This document shows, piece by piece, positions 9,301-22,600 of a stretch of 64,000 nt of DNA (position 1 is its first letter; every line of letters begins with the position of its first letter). Below the pieces are notes generated by a model. That model ran no database searches and was not told where the DNA came from. It saw only the letters and a program-made list of their open reading frames with translations. The stretch is from positions 1 through 64,000 of the forward strand of contig RSEE01000059.1 in assembly GCA_003971905.1 (NCBI GenBank), given 5' to 3'. Made by a program: the position numbers and the translations under genes. The stretch comes from Moniliella sp. 'wahieum' (taxonomy: Eukaryota).

Positions 9301-10659
9301 TCAGCTGGTGGACAGATGCAGATGGTAGTCGATGTAGGCCTGCCCTGGTGGAAGGCGAGGGAGTACGCTGCAGCGGGAGGCTTGGATGAGGCGTGCACCT
9401 GAGCGGGAGCGGCTGGGATCGATGCATGCTGGGATGAGATGGTGGCGTATGCCGGCGGGACCAAAATGGCGATATCTCAGCCGTCTCTCATCCGTTCTGG
9501 CTCACATTTGGCATGCTACCAACGGTAAGCAAGCACTGTTGGAGGCATGCATCAGATCCTCCATCTGCCTCACGATCAGGGGCAACGCGCATAGAGGTGT
9601 GCTAGCGCCAAATGAAGCACGGATATGGACGATGCTCACCACGAGACGGCCATGCATGGTGACATGGGTGGTGGTGGTGGTGGGGATGGCTGGGGTTGCG
9701 GCGGTGGTGGTGGCGGTGGCGGCGCTGGATTAATGGTTGCGCACACCAACATCAGATGCGCTGCGCCGGCAGCGCGCACAGCGGTGGACAGCGGTCGGAT
9801 GGCCACAGGCCAGAGTTGGGACTGGACACGGCGCAAGCAGCGTGGCAGGGCCCGCTTGGCGGATTGACCCAGAATGCAAGGTAAAGACAGGCCTGACCAC
9901 TTGTGACAAGCGGCTCTTCGGCCCAATGCAGGACCAGTCACCAAGCGGACCAGCAACGGCCCCAGCCGCCCCGCCGAGGACCTGTCACCAAGCGGACCAG
10001 CCACGGCCCAAGTCGGCACGCCCAGGACCCATCACCGAGCGCACCTAGCCACGGTCCGGGCCGGCACGCCCCGTCACCCGCCCCTCGACCAGAAAACAAC
10101 CAATTACCTTGGTCGCGAATGGCCCTATCGTCGTTGCCGATCCCCCACGGAGCGCTGGCCCAGGCGCCACACAGGCCAGAGTCGGGACCGGGCACGGCGC
10201 AAGCAGCGTGGCAGGGCCCGCTACGTTTCCGCAAGGAACGCCATCAAAGAATGTCAGAGCTCACCAAACGTCAGACCCCGCATTTTGCCCTCCTCACATG
10301 TCACATTCCAGGCGTGACAGCGTGAATACCGCATTCCAGGACTAAGCCCCACCCGAAATGTCAGAGATCACCAAACGTCAGGCACCACATTTTGGTCCCC
10401 ATCACACTGTGGTGGCTGACTTTTCGTGGGGTTGTCCCAGTTTGGGCTAAAATACCTGTCTCAGTACTAATTGAGCCGCGTTTTGACAGGACTCATCACA
10501 CGCCAATATAAGACTAGGGAGATCCACCACACCACTCGGGGCGCACGAGAGATGGCATGTGGGCTTCAGAGTGGGGCTAGCACCGAATGGATTGCAGGTA
10601 TGGACGATGCGCGCTATGAAACGACGATGCGTGGTGAAAAAGGTGGGGGTGGTGAAAAT

Positions 10660-10740
10660 GGTGGTGGGAGTGGTGGTGGTGGGAGTGGTGGTGGTGGGGA
10701 GTGGTGGTGGTGGGAGTGGTGGTGGTGGGAGTGGTGGTGG
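10660..10740. repeat. G-rich 15-bp tandem repeat (GGTGGTGGTGGGAGT)n
   Basis: About 5 units read directly. Confidence 0.85.
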
Positions 10741-12422
10741 CTGCATGAGCGCCAGCTGCGGCGCTGGGGGCGGAGAGGACGATGGCGGCGCTGGGCATGG
10801 GATGGTGGTGGTGGCGGCGCTCAACATGGTGGTGAGAGTGGTGGGCGGCTGCAGCGGGGGGTGCAAGTGATGCGCCACACGTAATTAAAACGCCACTGGT
10901 ATTGCAACGCCACTGGCGAGGGGGACGCGCGTGGCCGCCGCCCTCGTCACCGGGGCGTGGGGGGTGGGTGACGCCCCCTGACAGGCTTGGACGGCCGGCC
11001 AGAGGAATCAAATCTGCCCAAATCCTTCCACGTAGAGGGCACGGAGGCTACCCAGGTACTTTTGTTCCTCTGGCACTCAATCCAGGAGCGGAATCTTCCC
11101 ATCCATTCCGGAAAATATGTCTAGGCCGACAGCGCTCACCAAGCGTGAGCGCGCTTCACTTATAGTGGTAGTATTACATTGAGCCGCAGTGGGGCAGGGT
11201 GTTGATGACTGATGAATGATTGAGCTGTGGATCAACTTGGGCCATGCTGCATGCTGCCTTTCGGTGGGACGCTAGAGTGTAGCACAAAGACGCGGACGCC
11301 AAGTTCGGACATTGGACGCCTGGTCGTCGGAGTTAGGGGCTTGGGGCATGGGGCCCAGCAGGCAGCAGACCCTATTAAGCCCAGGAAGAGCTCAAAGAGC
11401 AGCAAATGGGAATGGTGGTCGATGGAGATCAAATTGCTAAGGCGGTGGCGAATCCAAGTCATCATGGAGTCGGAAACGCCACGTCAGAAAACATCACACG
11501 CGCATCACACATGATGTCACTCGGAAGTGACCTTGGCCATAAATGACCAGAGGTCAACAGACCCAGTTGGCCCAGCTAGCCAAGACACCGAGTGGAGTGG
11601 GCCGCCACGGCAACTGCCTTGTGCTCAGCCTGCGCGTAACCACATGTGACCATGAGGTGTGAGGTGTGAGATGTGAGATGTGAGATCTGCCTAGCTGGCT
11701 TCTGGGGATCGGATGCATGATGCATGATCCCATCGATCCCCGCTTGGCAAGCGGCGCCAATCGGCACAGCCTGGGCACGGCGGCGCTGTGGTGCCGATCA
11801 GCCCTGATATACTGGTACATGATGGAGCCGATGATCGATGATCGGGAGGAGGGAGTAAAGTGATTACTGATGCAATTCCATGCCACAGATCTCGCGCAGT
11901 GTTCGCAATTCTTGGCCTGGAAGATCTAAGAAAGATCTAACCTGCGCCTCAGGCGTCAGCGCGGCAGGCCGGGGGCTCAGCCTGAGCAGACTGAGCGCAC
12001 GTCGGCTGCAGCGCCAGAGAGCACTGGGCACTCAATTCCTCCATATAGTCCTCACGCGTGACTGTGACGCGGTGACGGCCGACGGCGTGCAAGCACAGTT
12101 TCGCCTCCACTGGCTGGCGGTGCGGCCGGCGGCGTTGGGTGGAGCGCGGGCTCGGCTCGGGCAGGGGGGCAGTGCCTGCAAGTGCTGGGACATCGAAAGG
12201 TCCCGGGCCACATTGCACTACACTGCTGCTGTGCCGTGCCGAGCAATGGCCAATCGTTCAAGGGGCCCACTGCCCCGGTGGTGGTCCCGTGGTGGCCCAG
12301 TGGTGGCTCTGGGTGGTCCATATACTCCCTCCACACCACCGCACTCGGAAAGCCAACTCGCCCTCCCCCCTCCCTCCTCCCCCTCCCTCCCCCCCCACGC
12401 TCTTTTCATCTCCCTCGCCGCC

Positions 12423-14435
12423 ATGCCGCATCGCCGTCGCTCCAACCTGGGCCGCCGCGTTCTGGCCGTGGCCACGCTCGGCCTCGCTGCCACCGCCGCC
12501 GCATCCATGCAACGCCGCACGCGGCACAGCCACCTATCTCTCCCCGCTGGCATCTCTTCCAACGGCGCCAAGTTTGACGGCCAGACCTTTGACTATGGTA
12601 CGTCCCATTTGTTTCGCTTTACCGTTTGCCTCTTCGTGGGGTGCCCCCCCCTCCCCTTTGGTGGCTCACTAACCCGTTCCTGCTTCCCTCCTACGCTACT
12701 ACGATACAGTCATGTTGGTGGCGGTACCGCCGGCTTGGTTCTGGCGAACCGGTTGTCAGCGGATGAGTCCAACTCGGTTGCGGTGATTGAAGCGGGCGAA
12801 GCGGATCTGGATGAGAGTCACTGACGACGCCGAATGCCATGCTGTACAACTCGTCTGTTGGTACGTCGCGCGACTGGGCGTACAAGACGGTAGACCAGTC
12901 TGGTCTGGGAGGTCGGTCGGGTGTCCTGGCCGCGGGGCAAGACGCTAGGGGGGTCCAGTGCGATCAATGGGTTGTACCTGGTGCGCCAGCCGGCTGCCGA
13001 GCAGGAAGCCTGGGCCAATTTGCTCCAGCCAATGGGGGACGAGGCACAGGAACGTGGGGCTGGGACAATGTGCTGAAAGCAATGAAAAAGTCCGAAACGT
13101 TTACGCCAGTGAAGAAGATCGAGGGGAGATGCACCAAGGTGCCAACGGGCGTAAACATACCCTTCTCCCTTACGACGTCTTCCCACGGCACGTCGGGCCC
13201 GATCCACCACTCGTGGCCCGGAGTGGAGTATGCGTCTGTCGGTGCGTTCCTCCAGACCGCCCAGACAACCCTTGGCATCAACGTCAATCACGACCCTTAC
13301 AACGGTAACAATACGGGCCCCTTCCTTTCGCTCAGCAGCATCAACCCGAGTAACTGGACCCGCTCCTTTTCCCGCACGGGCTACCTCGAGCCGTGGCACG
13401 GTCCAACTTGCATGTGCTTACTGGTCACCAGGCCACCAAGATCCTATTTGACACCTCGGCGTCTACCCCGCGTGCGACGGGGGTGCAGTTGCCGAGTCGG
13501 CTGACGCCAAGGTGCGCACCATGTCCGCGGCGAAAAGAGTGATTGTGGCAGTGGCGTGATTGGTTCGCCGCAACTACTTCAGTTGTCGGGTGTGGCCGAC
13601 AAGTCGGTACTGGACCCGTTGAAGATTAAGCAGGTAGCCAACGTGCCTGGTGTCGGGTTCCACTGCAGGACACCAGTGGCGCAGTCACCTTCCCCCCCAA
13701 GGACGACTCGGTGGCCATGCGGCCGACAAGGACGGGCGACGCGTTGACCGACGGGTTTGTCAATGGTGCTGTGGCGTACACCTCGTCCAAGTTGATGAGT
13801 GTCGACCGGATCGGGGCAACATTACAGCCTCCACTGATGCCTGGGTGGACGCGTACGATGCGCCTGCAACAGTCAAGGAGGGCTACCGTGCCTCGCTGCG
13901 ACCAAATTGCCAATGTGTACAAACAAGATGTGCGGCCGTGGAGATTCTCTGGTCGATTTCCTGGGGCAACCTTAACGTGCAATGGGACTGCAGCACCCGA
14001 CGTCCCAAGGATCCGTCAAGATCAGCTCGACCAATGCGTTTGACCACCCTCAGATCGACGCGGCCTACGTGAAGAATACGATTGACATGCAGATTCTGCG
14101 GCACGGGTGTCAGCTCGCCCGGACCATCGGTACCTCGGCCCCGCTTAGCGACTACACGGTCCCAGAAATCGCCAGGGACCAAAGTCCAGTCCAGTGCGCA
14201 GGGAACCAGTACATCAAGGCCAACTTTGGTACCGAGTACCACCCTAGTTCGTCCTGTGCCAACTGCCGCTCAAGTACGGCGGAGTGGTGGACGAGCGACT
14301 GCGCGTGTACAATACCAAGGGATTGCGCGTGATTGATCCTCTGTGCCCCCGCTGTCCATGTCCCAGCACCTGATGACCATCACCTACGGTCTCGCTGAGA
14401 TCGGCGCCGAGCTCATCTTGGAGGACAACGAGTAA
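12423..14435 (+). CDS. Secreted GMC oxidoreductase (AA3_2, glucose oxidase/dehydrogenase-like); intron 12598-12709; frameshifted in the assembly
   Basis: Hydrophobic N-terminal segment; FDY|V.VGGGTAGLVLANRLS FAD-binding start, VIEAG, DWAYKT, IGSPQLLQLSG, HPTSQGSVKI, TEYHP and SQHL (two catalytic His). Confidence 0.88.
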
Positions 14436-14905
14436 CTGTAACTCGGTCAGAGTGATTGTCATCATTGGACTGCCTGTCCTCTCGCACCGCGTCCCCCTTG
14501 TCCCTATACAAACTTCTTTCCTCCCTTTCACGATCTTTCTCCGTTTCTTCAACGTGTACCCACTCAGGGACAATTTTGGTTGCCACGCTCCCTTCCATCC
14601 CTTTGCCTTTCTCTTCTCTTTGCTTCGCTCCCCTTTTCCTTCTTTTCTGCACGTTTCTGGCTCATCTCGTCGTCTTGGGCTTAGCGCTTACTTTCATCTG
14701 CGCCACTTCGGTGAGGACTCTTCCTCACGAATCTGATTCTTCATCTTCATTGCAGTCGTCATGTGTTTACCTTCTTGTGGTTGGCTATATTCGCACATAA
14801 AAACAGTCTGGTGTGCTATGGAAGACACCACTGCAAAATGATTGATGATCGTTGGTGCATATAGTACGGAAAGCGTAGTGGAGACCGAGATACGGCCAAA
14901 AAAAA

Positions 14906-15002
14906 TGGTCAATATGAGGCTTGAACTCATGACCTTGGCATCACCAACACTTCCGAACGAAACGTATTAGTACCACGCTCTGACCAACTGAGCTAATCGA
15001 CC
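14906..15002 (-). tRNA. tRNA-Ile(AAT) with a 23-nt intron (14942-14964)
   Basis: GGTCGATTAGCTCAGTTGGTCAGAGCGTGGTACT-AAT-A[intron]ATGCCAAGGTCATGAGTTCAAGCCTCATATTGACCA followed by a T-run terminator. Confidence 0.93.
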
Positions 15003-16456
15003 TTGACACGGTGGGGAAGGTGGCCAAAAATCGACAAGTGTTTTCCCCACCACTGCTTTTGGATATATGTCTGGTTTGGCTCGCGGTCGACCGACTTAAG
15101 AGGTCAAGAGCCCCCCCCCGAATGCGAGATGTTGGTCTTGCACTACTGAGACCAGTGAGCGTCTATGACAGCAGTACTATGCCCGGGCAGTGATCTGCTT
15201 ACCAGAGGGGGCGCGCTTGGCAAAGGGGGGTCTGACACGATACACTACGGCGTTGGAGTGTACAATCGAACGAGCGCTCAGAAGCAAAGAGCCCAGCGGG
15301 GAGAAAAAGATGTGCGCAGGATGCGAAAGGAAGCAAGGATGCCGGGGATGAAACATCGTGCCGGTTTGGTATGTACTTGCAGGGGACAAAGTCAGTGGCG
15401 GTGCCGCTTGCAGGCGAAGCAGAGGCAGCGTGGTCTGAATTCTGAATCTGAATTCTGAATCTGACCCTGGCCTGGATCTGACCCTGGTCTGGATCTGAAG
15501 TCGACCGAGCATCCGGCGTTTTGCCGCCCGTCAGCGCGTCACGCGTCAGCCGCGGCGCTCTGTGACATGTGACGTGTGACGCATGTGACGTGTGCAAGTG
15601 ACATGCCCCGCAGACACCACACAACACACCCGATGCATGTGAGGGGAGCGACGAGCTCCGGCGATGGATGATGTGCAACGCGTGACGTGTCATCGATCAT
15701 CGACCATGCATCATGCATCATGCATGCCATGCACTACCCGCCATGCACCATGCACCACCGCCATGCACCATGCACCACCAGGCAGCAGGCAGCAGGCAGG
15801 AGCGGTGCGTTTGGACGCCGATGCATGGTGCATGATGCATGGTGCATCGTACAGGGTACATGCAACATGCAGCCTGGCCAGTGCGCAACCCCGACGGCAC
15901 AGCGCGCAGCGATATACGGGGCGCCGTGCCCACGGCCGCACCAGGGCAGTACTGCGATCTCCTGGCGGGGGGTGTCGCACGGCGCAGGCCACCCGGTACG
16001 CGCACTGCCGCCCCGCTGTAGCACGCCGGACGATCAGATCGATCAGCACCAGCACGGCGAGGCGTTATGCAATGCGTTATGCGTCGCGTGTCACATGTCA
16101 TGCATGTCACCCTTCCCTCGTCGGGGCGCCGCAGGAGGCCAGTGCGGCGCAGAGGCGTGCGGGGCACAGAGCCACAGGCGAAGCTAGCGCACAAAGGCGT
16201 AGCGCTTAGCGCTTACGCTAAGCGCTTACCTTACCGGCAACCGCCGCTGGGCACGCCTGGGTGCCCTTGTCCCAGTGCCTAGTGGGCAGGAGCGCACGCG
16301 TGCCATTGGCCATCGACCATCGGAGATGGCGCGGTCAGGAACGGCGCGGGAGTGGTGTGGGCCGTCGGAGCTTGCTGGTCAGCCTCAGGCGTTCAGGCCT
16401 CAGGTGAGGCCCTCAGGCTCCGGGCACAGGCTGCGTGCTCGTCACGTGGCCTATCC

Positions 16457-18731
16457 ATGCCCCATTCTCACCCGCTCTTCTCCCATCTGTCTACCCGCCT
16501 TGCCGCTGCCCCGCCTCCCTTGCCCACCACCACCACCACCACCACCACCACACCACCTGCACCACCACCTGTACGCCCACCTGCACGTCCAACCCCCACC
16601 TGCACGCCCATCACCGCCATTTCTCCTGCCCCACAATGCCCGCATCCCCCCTGCACCAGCCCCGCCCGGCAGCCCACCCCCCGCGCTCACCTACTTGTCT
16701 CCCCTGCCCTCGCCCGTGCCTCCGGCCAGCCCATATGCCCTGCCGCTGCACATGGCCTATGTGCCGTGGGTCGCCCCCGTGGCCGTGTCCCCTGGCGCTG
16801 CCCCACCCTGCCCCGCTCCTTACCCCGTCAGTTGCCGCGCCACCACCGTCAAGGACGGTGTATGTGGGCAATCTGCCTGCCGATGCTGCGGCGGATGAGC
16901 TGTTGAGTCTTGTTCGCCACGGGCCGCTTGACCACGTGCGGATCCTGCCAGCGAAGCAGGCTGCGTTTTATCGTTTCTGGACCCTATGACCGCAGCTGCG
17001 TTCCATGCCGACGCGGTGTTTGCCCGCCCGCTCTCGTTGCATGGCCACCGGCTCAAGATTGGCTGGGCAAGCCCACAGCCGTGTCGGGTACCGTTGCGTC
17101 GGCCGTGCTGAGCCGAGGAGCGAGCCGGAACGTGTACCTTGGCAACTTACCTTCCGACCTGGTCCAGAGCGCGACGGCCGAACAAGATCTCTGTACTTTG
17201 CTTGGCACCTATGGTCCGATCGACCAGGTCAAGATCGTTCCCGATCGCCGTATTGCCTTTGTCCACTTTCTTTCCATTGCTACCGCACTCAAGTCGTCGC
17301 TGCTCTCTGCTGACCCAGCTTGGAGCCAGCAAAAAATCAATTTCGGCAAGGATAGGTGCGCTTACGTCCCCCGCGCTCAACAGGAAAACCAAGCCCACAA
17401 CCACCGTTCAGCCCTTGCTGCTGCGGTCCAAGTCGGGTCTTGTTGGTCCTTCCCTGTACCCTTGTCCTTGCCCTCACCGGCACCTGCCCTGCATCTGTAC
17501 CTGCACCCCCATCCGCATCTGCATCCGCATCCTCATCCGCACCTGTACCTGCATCTCTACCTGCACCTACGCTGAGCGGGAGCCTCAAACCAGGGAGTAC
17601 GCCAATATGGGACAGATGGGCAACCGGACCATCTACCTTGGCAATATCCATCCCACCACCACGACCGAAGAGCTGTGCAACCACATTCGCGGGGGCATTC
17701 TGCAGTCGATCAAGTACATTCGGGAGAAACAAATTGCGTTCGTGACGTTTGTCGAAGCGAATGCAGCGTATGCGTTTTGGACGGCAGCGAATGCGCCTGC
17801 GATGCCGGCTTTAGCACGAACCACTACCACGGGCGGAGGCGGGGTCGGGGCTGCAGGTATCGCCGGTGCAGGTAGAGGCATTATCATTCGTTCTCGAAGG
17901 ATCAAGGTCGGTTGGGGCCGTCATTCTGGCCCCCTCTCCCCCCGTCGCTATGACGGTCCAAGCGGGCGGATCAAGGAATGTCTACGTGGGCAATATCCAG
18001 GACCCGCACCAGCTCACCGAGGACCAACTTCGTGCTGACTTTGCTCATTTTGGCGAGTTTGAACAGATTAATCGTCTGCCTGAAAAAATTGCGTACGTCC
18101 CTGCGTCACCTCCCCCTTCCCATCCTGCTATCTCCCTCAAGCCTCACTTGGTGCCTTGACCCTGGAACCTTCTTCGGACAAAGACTAGCCGAGCATGAAC
18201 TAACCAAGCGCTCTGCCTACGCATCCACATCCACATCCGCATCCGCATCCGCATCCGCATCCACCTCCGCATGCGCATCCACCTCTGCGCGCCCCGCCCC
18301 ACCACACGTACAGGCATTTATCAACTTCTGTTCGATCCAAACCGCGATGCGGGCCGTGAACGAAATCAAGGCATGCGAGGCGTACGCCGACCTGAGGATC
18401 GCCTATGGCAAAGACCGCTGTGGTAACGCCCCCGCACACCTACGATTCACATTCACCCTGTTGTCCCAAGTACCAACCGGGACCGCGAGCGCGATGCAGA
18501 GGGGGAGGGAGAACCGAGGCCGAGTGGGAGGGGGAAGGGGAAGGGGAGTGCGCTGCGCGCTGCCGTCTTTCCCCGATCCCAATCCCGATCCTCAGTCCAA
18601 GTCCAAGCCCGAACTCAAGCCCAAGTCCACACCACACCCGATCTCCTCGCTGCTCCTTCGCTCCCCCCAGGCTGGAGATGGAACCTGGCCGTACCGCCGC
18701 GCGCCAGCTGTCCCGCTGCCGTAGTACCTAG
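16457..18731 (+). CDS. MRN1: Four-RRM RNA-binding protein, S. cerevisiae Mrn1 / S. pombe Nrd1 family; intron ~18093-18313
   Basis: [41 protein letters not shown]...[26 protein letters not shown]...YGKDRCGN. Frameshifted; ends approximate. Confidence 0.82.
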
Positions 18732-19420
18732 TACCCCAGACTGCGAATCACGAGAATTTTGCTTTGCATCGTGCATGCCCATGACTTGAGGCTAGTTTTG
18801 AAGTCCTGGATCTGGATCTGGGTCTAGGTTTGGGTCTGGGTCTTGCGCTTGGTACAGCGCCGTATAGTGGGGAGTAGGCGCGCTATATAATAGCGTGCTT
18901 GTAGTCTAGTAGTCCTACCCCCGCTTTTTCTCTAGGTGCGCACGTTGCTCGACCCAGTTAACGGTTCCCATGCATGTTGTTGACAGGCGTTCGAGACGCA
19001 TGTTGGTGGCGGTTCGTAGATGTTTTCGATGTATGTAGATGGTGGCTCGTCTTCTGTCTTGGCAGTACGGTCGGCCGTGGCGTCCCGTCGGATGGGCTTA
19101 TGCGAGGTGCGAGGCGGGAGACGAGAGACAGCAGACGGTCCGCCGAGCCCAGATAATATCCCGTCCACCCCGTGCCCCCCTCATCTGTATCCTAGGGATA
19201 CTGGCCCACGCCTTACATCTTCCAGTATATACGCACGATTCAATCGCACCCTCTGTCGGACTGTATGTTTAGTACTATTACTAATAGTTCATCATGGCCT
19301 CTGTGGCGCACATCTACTGTCCCTTGGACTTGGCGCCCACATGGCAGGAGGAAACTGCGATGCAAGACAAGAGACAAGAGACAAGAGACAAGAGTTGATC
19401 CTTGGAAAGTCCAAAAAAAA

Positions 19421-19506
19421 TGGACGAATAGGGAATCGAACCCCAGACCTCACACAGGAGCAATCATGATGCGAAGCGTGCGCTCTACCAACTGAGCTAT
19501 CCGCCC
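19421..19506 (-). tRNA. tRNA-Ala(CGC) with a 13-nt intron (19457-19469)
   Basis: GGGCGGATAGCTCAGTTGGTAGAGCGCACGCTT-CGC-A[intron]TGTGTGAGGTCTGGGGTTCGATTCCCTATTCGTCCA followed by a T-run. Confidence 0.93.
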
Positions 19507-20371
19507 GACAGTCATGCAGGGATGCTCTTTTATGTCACTTGGACACGGAGTACTGCAGTAACCAGTGCAGCTGAGCACATGCCCGAATAGCTGTGAGACC
19601 TGGGGCGGCGCCACACAACTACTAGGATATGGTGCTGCTGCAGCGTGTGTGGCAAGGAACATGCTCCAGGGACAGGAGACAGGATGGGGAAGGTCAGGAT
19701 GTCGGTGAAGTGTGGTGCCTGCTGTCCTTTAGCGTCGAAAGATGGGGGTGCACATCAGCTACGTCTTCCCCGAGGTGTGCCATGCTGATGCCAGCGGCAC
19801 AGATGCCACCGCATGCACACGCGCCATTCAAGTCGCCTTCCCAGTGGGTGCGTGCGCGAGGCTGTGCGCAGACGGGAGGCTGTGAGTGGGGTTGGCTGTG
19901 CCGGCAATCTGGCCGGGACTAGCATGCATGCGCGCACACTCCAACGCTTTGTTTGTTTGTGCGACCTGGGTGCATCGCATCTGCACGCCAAGCACCAAGC
20001 AACACGCATCATCCGCTGCACTGTCCAGTGCCGCCCACCCCACGCGCATCGCCCCACCACCGCATCGCCCACCGCGCATCGCCCACCACGCATCGCCCAC
20101 TGCGCGTCGCCACCGCCACCGCAGACGCAGGCTGTGCAGCGCACCACACCCACCCCCCAGCACCCATTGCACCCGCACAGCCGCCTCCTGCTGGCCGCAT
20201 CCACACATGCTTGTCCCCCGTGCAGCAGCCCGCGCTCTTTTCTTGGCATGCGTCTGCTGCACGCCTGCATCATCCCCTTCCCCCCATCCCTCTGTTCTGG
20301 CCCACCACCACCACCACCACCTCCTCCTCCTCCCTTTGCCCCACCACCCCCTTCTCGTCTAGCCCGCCATC

Positions 20372-21615
20372 ATGCCATCCCATCCTCTGTGCGGCCACTG
20401 CCACTGCCACCCCCGGGTGGGGCATGCGCCTGTCCCTCCTCGTCCCCTCCCTCCCCCCGACCATCCCTTCGCCACCATCGACCTCGCCCCGCCCAGGTCA
20501 GCTACCCCATCTACTTCCTCCACCGCCCCTCCCTCCTACCTGGTTCAGCGACCGGTACATGTCCCTCGTCCTGCCGTCTTTATGTACTGGACCATGGCAC
20601 TTGGCTACCCTCTTTCCGATGGGCGGCGTATCCCCTTTTTGAAAAATACCGCATGCGCGACCCGCAAGAAGCCTCGGTCCGCAACCGTGTCAGCCTCACT
20701 GTCGTAGCGCGCGCCGTGCTGCTCCAACAGCCGTCCAGACCTGGTCGGCGTCCTAGCTCTCGAGCCGGCCTCGGTCGGCACAGGACAGGTCTTTCGCGAT
20801 CACGCCGCTCATATCCGTGCTGTTGGCCTGGTGCAGGCTAGCATCGTTGCTCGTGTACTTGGTACCCGCTTGGGCTCCCTCTTCCTCAACTGGTTTGGTT
20901 CCGCCCTGGCCCAATTCATCTACTGGTGGGTTGTGCCCGTGCTGCATCTGTTGTATGCATTGTACGTCTGATCCGTCACCCCCTCTCCGTCCCTTATACT
21001 ACGCATCATGACCCGCTGCTGCGGACCAGAGCGCCTCTAACTTATACATTCGCGGATATGTAATAGCTTTCTGTTGGACACATACCAGTACTGGATGCAC
21101 CGCTTGTTTCACGAAAACCGGTTCCTGTACCGCCACGTGCACTCGTACCACCACAAACTCATTGTCACGCACGCGGTCGGGGCGATCTACAACCATTGTT
21201 TGAAGGTCTGGCGATGGATACCCTTTCGGCGTTGACGACGTACCTTTTAGGCCGGTTGACGGTACGACAAGCTATCTTTATATTTACCTTGTCGACGTGC
21301 AAGACGGTGAATGATCATGGTGGATATGATTTCCCCTTTTGGATCTCACCCATCAACTGTCTCTGGCCCAACACGATCGACTACCATGACGCCCACCACC
21401 AACCACAGGGCTTCCGACACAATTTTTCCCAGCCTTACTTTGTGCATTGGGACCAACTAGCCGGCACACGTATGAGCCCCGACCAAATGGCCAAGATGCA
21501 AGCGTTTGACCGACAGGCCAAGTGGAAAAAACGTTTGCCTGGCTCTACGGCCAACCATCAAGCCAAACACAGCCAAGACCAAGGCCAACGTCAACGCCAA
21601 GACCAAGACCAATAA
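20372..21615 (+). CDS. SUR2: Sphingolipid C4-hydroxylase (fatty-acid hydroxylase family); intron ~20962-21066
   Basis: FEKYR...RNRVS, DTYQYWMHRLFH, HVHSYHH, KTVNDHGGYDFP, YHDAHHQ...NFSQPYFVHWD His-box motifs. Start approximate. Confidence 0.85.
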
Positions 21616-22239
21616 GGCCACAGCCAAAGCCACAGCCACAGTTGGCGTACAAGCTGATACTTTCCCCCGCCCGCCGCGCACTCGCACCCGTACCCGCACC
21701 CGCTGGCTCCTTCAACCATCAACTCCCCCTGGTGCTGGCGTCAGGACTGCGCGAATTGCGCCTGCCCTCGGACAATGCGCGAATGAGGAAGCACCAGTCC
21801 ATGCCTGCGTCTATGCTGCGGGTTAGTTGGGCCACTGTCTTGGCTGACCAAGAGATGTGATGCAATACAGTCTCCGTTGATCGTTGCACGTTGATCGTCG
21901 TTCGTCGATCGTCGATCGTGGATCGTGCCACCGCCCCACAGCCATCATATACTTCTCCGTTTTTTTCTTCTTCTTCCCACTCACTTGGTCGTACGCCACA
22001 CCAGAAAACCCATGGCACAATAACAAAACAATCCCAACCATGCTACCTGCTTCGCTGTCCTACGGTCCTCCTATTCTACTTGAGTCTTTCCATCGCGCGT
22101 GCACATGCTGTGCCCTAGCGAGCGCACGTGTCCTTCCTCCCTCCAGTGGACACTTCACCTCTTCTCCAGCGATTTTTCCAATTTGTCCAGCCCTCAATCA
22201 CGTGGTATCCTACCAGACCCAACCTCTGTCTCGTCAGTC

Positions 22240-22600
22240 TTTTCCTGTTCGTTCCAAGTAAAAAAGATCCAGGCGCTCCTGTTCGTACAAAACGTCCACG
22301 CTCTTTGTGTTCGTACAAACGCCAGGCTCTTCCTGTTCGTACAAAAGGTCTATATAGGCTCTCCTCTGTCCTGCCTATGTCTGCCTCCCAACCCAGGGTC
22401 TCCTTTGTCCTGCGTATGTCTGTCTCCCGACCCACCCTAGGTATGCGCTATAGGTCTACCTTCCCCCCCCCCTTCCCCCCCTTCCTCACCTCACCTCACC
22501 TCACCTCCCGCCGACCCAGACGGCCCACATTCTTTTCAAACGCTAGGTCTACCTTCGTTAGCAGCCTTGCTGTCCTCTCTACCTTCGTTAGCAGCCTTGC
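22240..22600. repeat. Block of nested short tandem duplications
   Basis: 4x TGTTCGT(A/T)C at ~27-34 bp spacing, 2x ~40-bp TCCTYTGTCCTGC.TATGTCTG.CTCCC.ACCCA, 2x TCTACCTTCGTTAGCAGCCTTGC. Confidence 0.8.

Noticed and set aside
15500..16300. ORFs upstream of the RRM gene
   Set aside because: Produced by CATG/TGCA-rich heptamer repeats; no protein features.
22240..22350. CRISPR-like short repeats with variable spacers
   Set aside because: The spacers resemble each other (degenerate tandem repeat), the context is eukaryotic and there are no cas genes.
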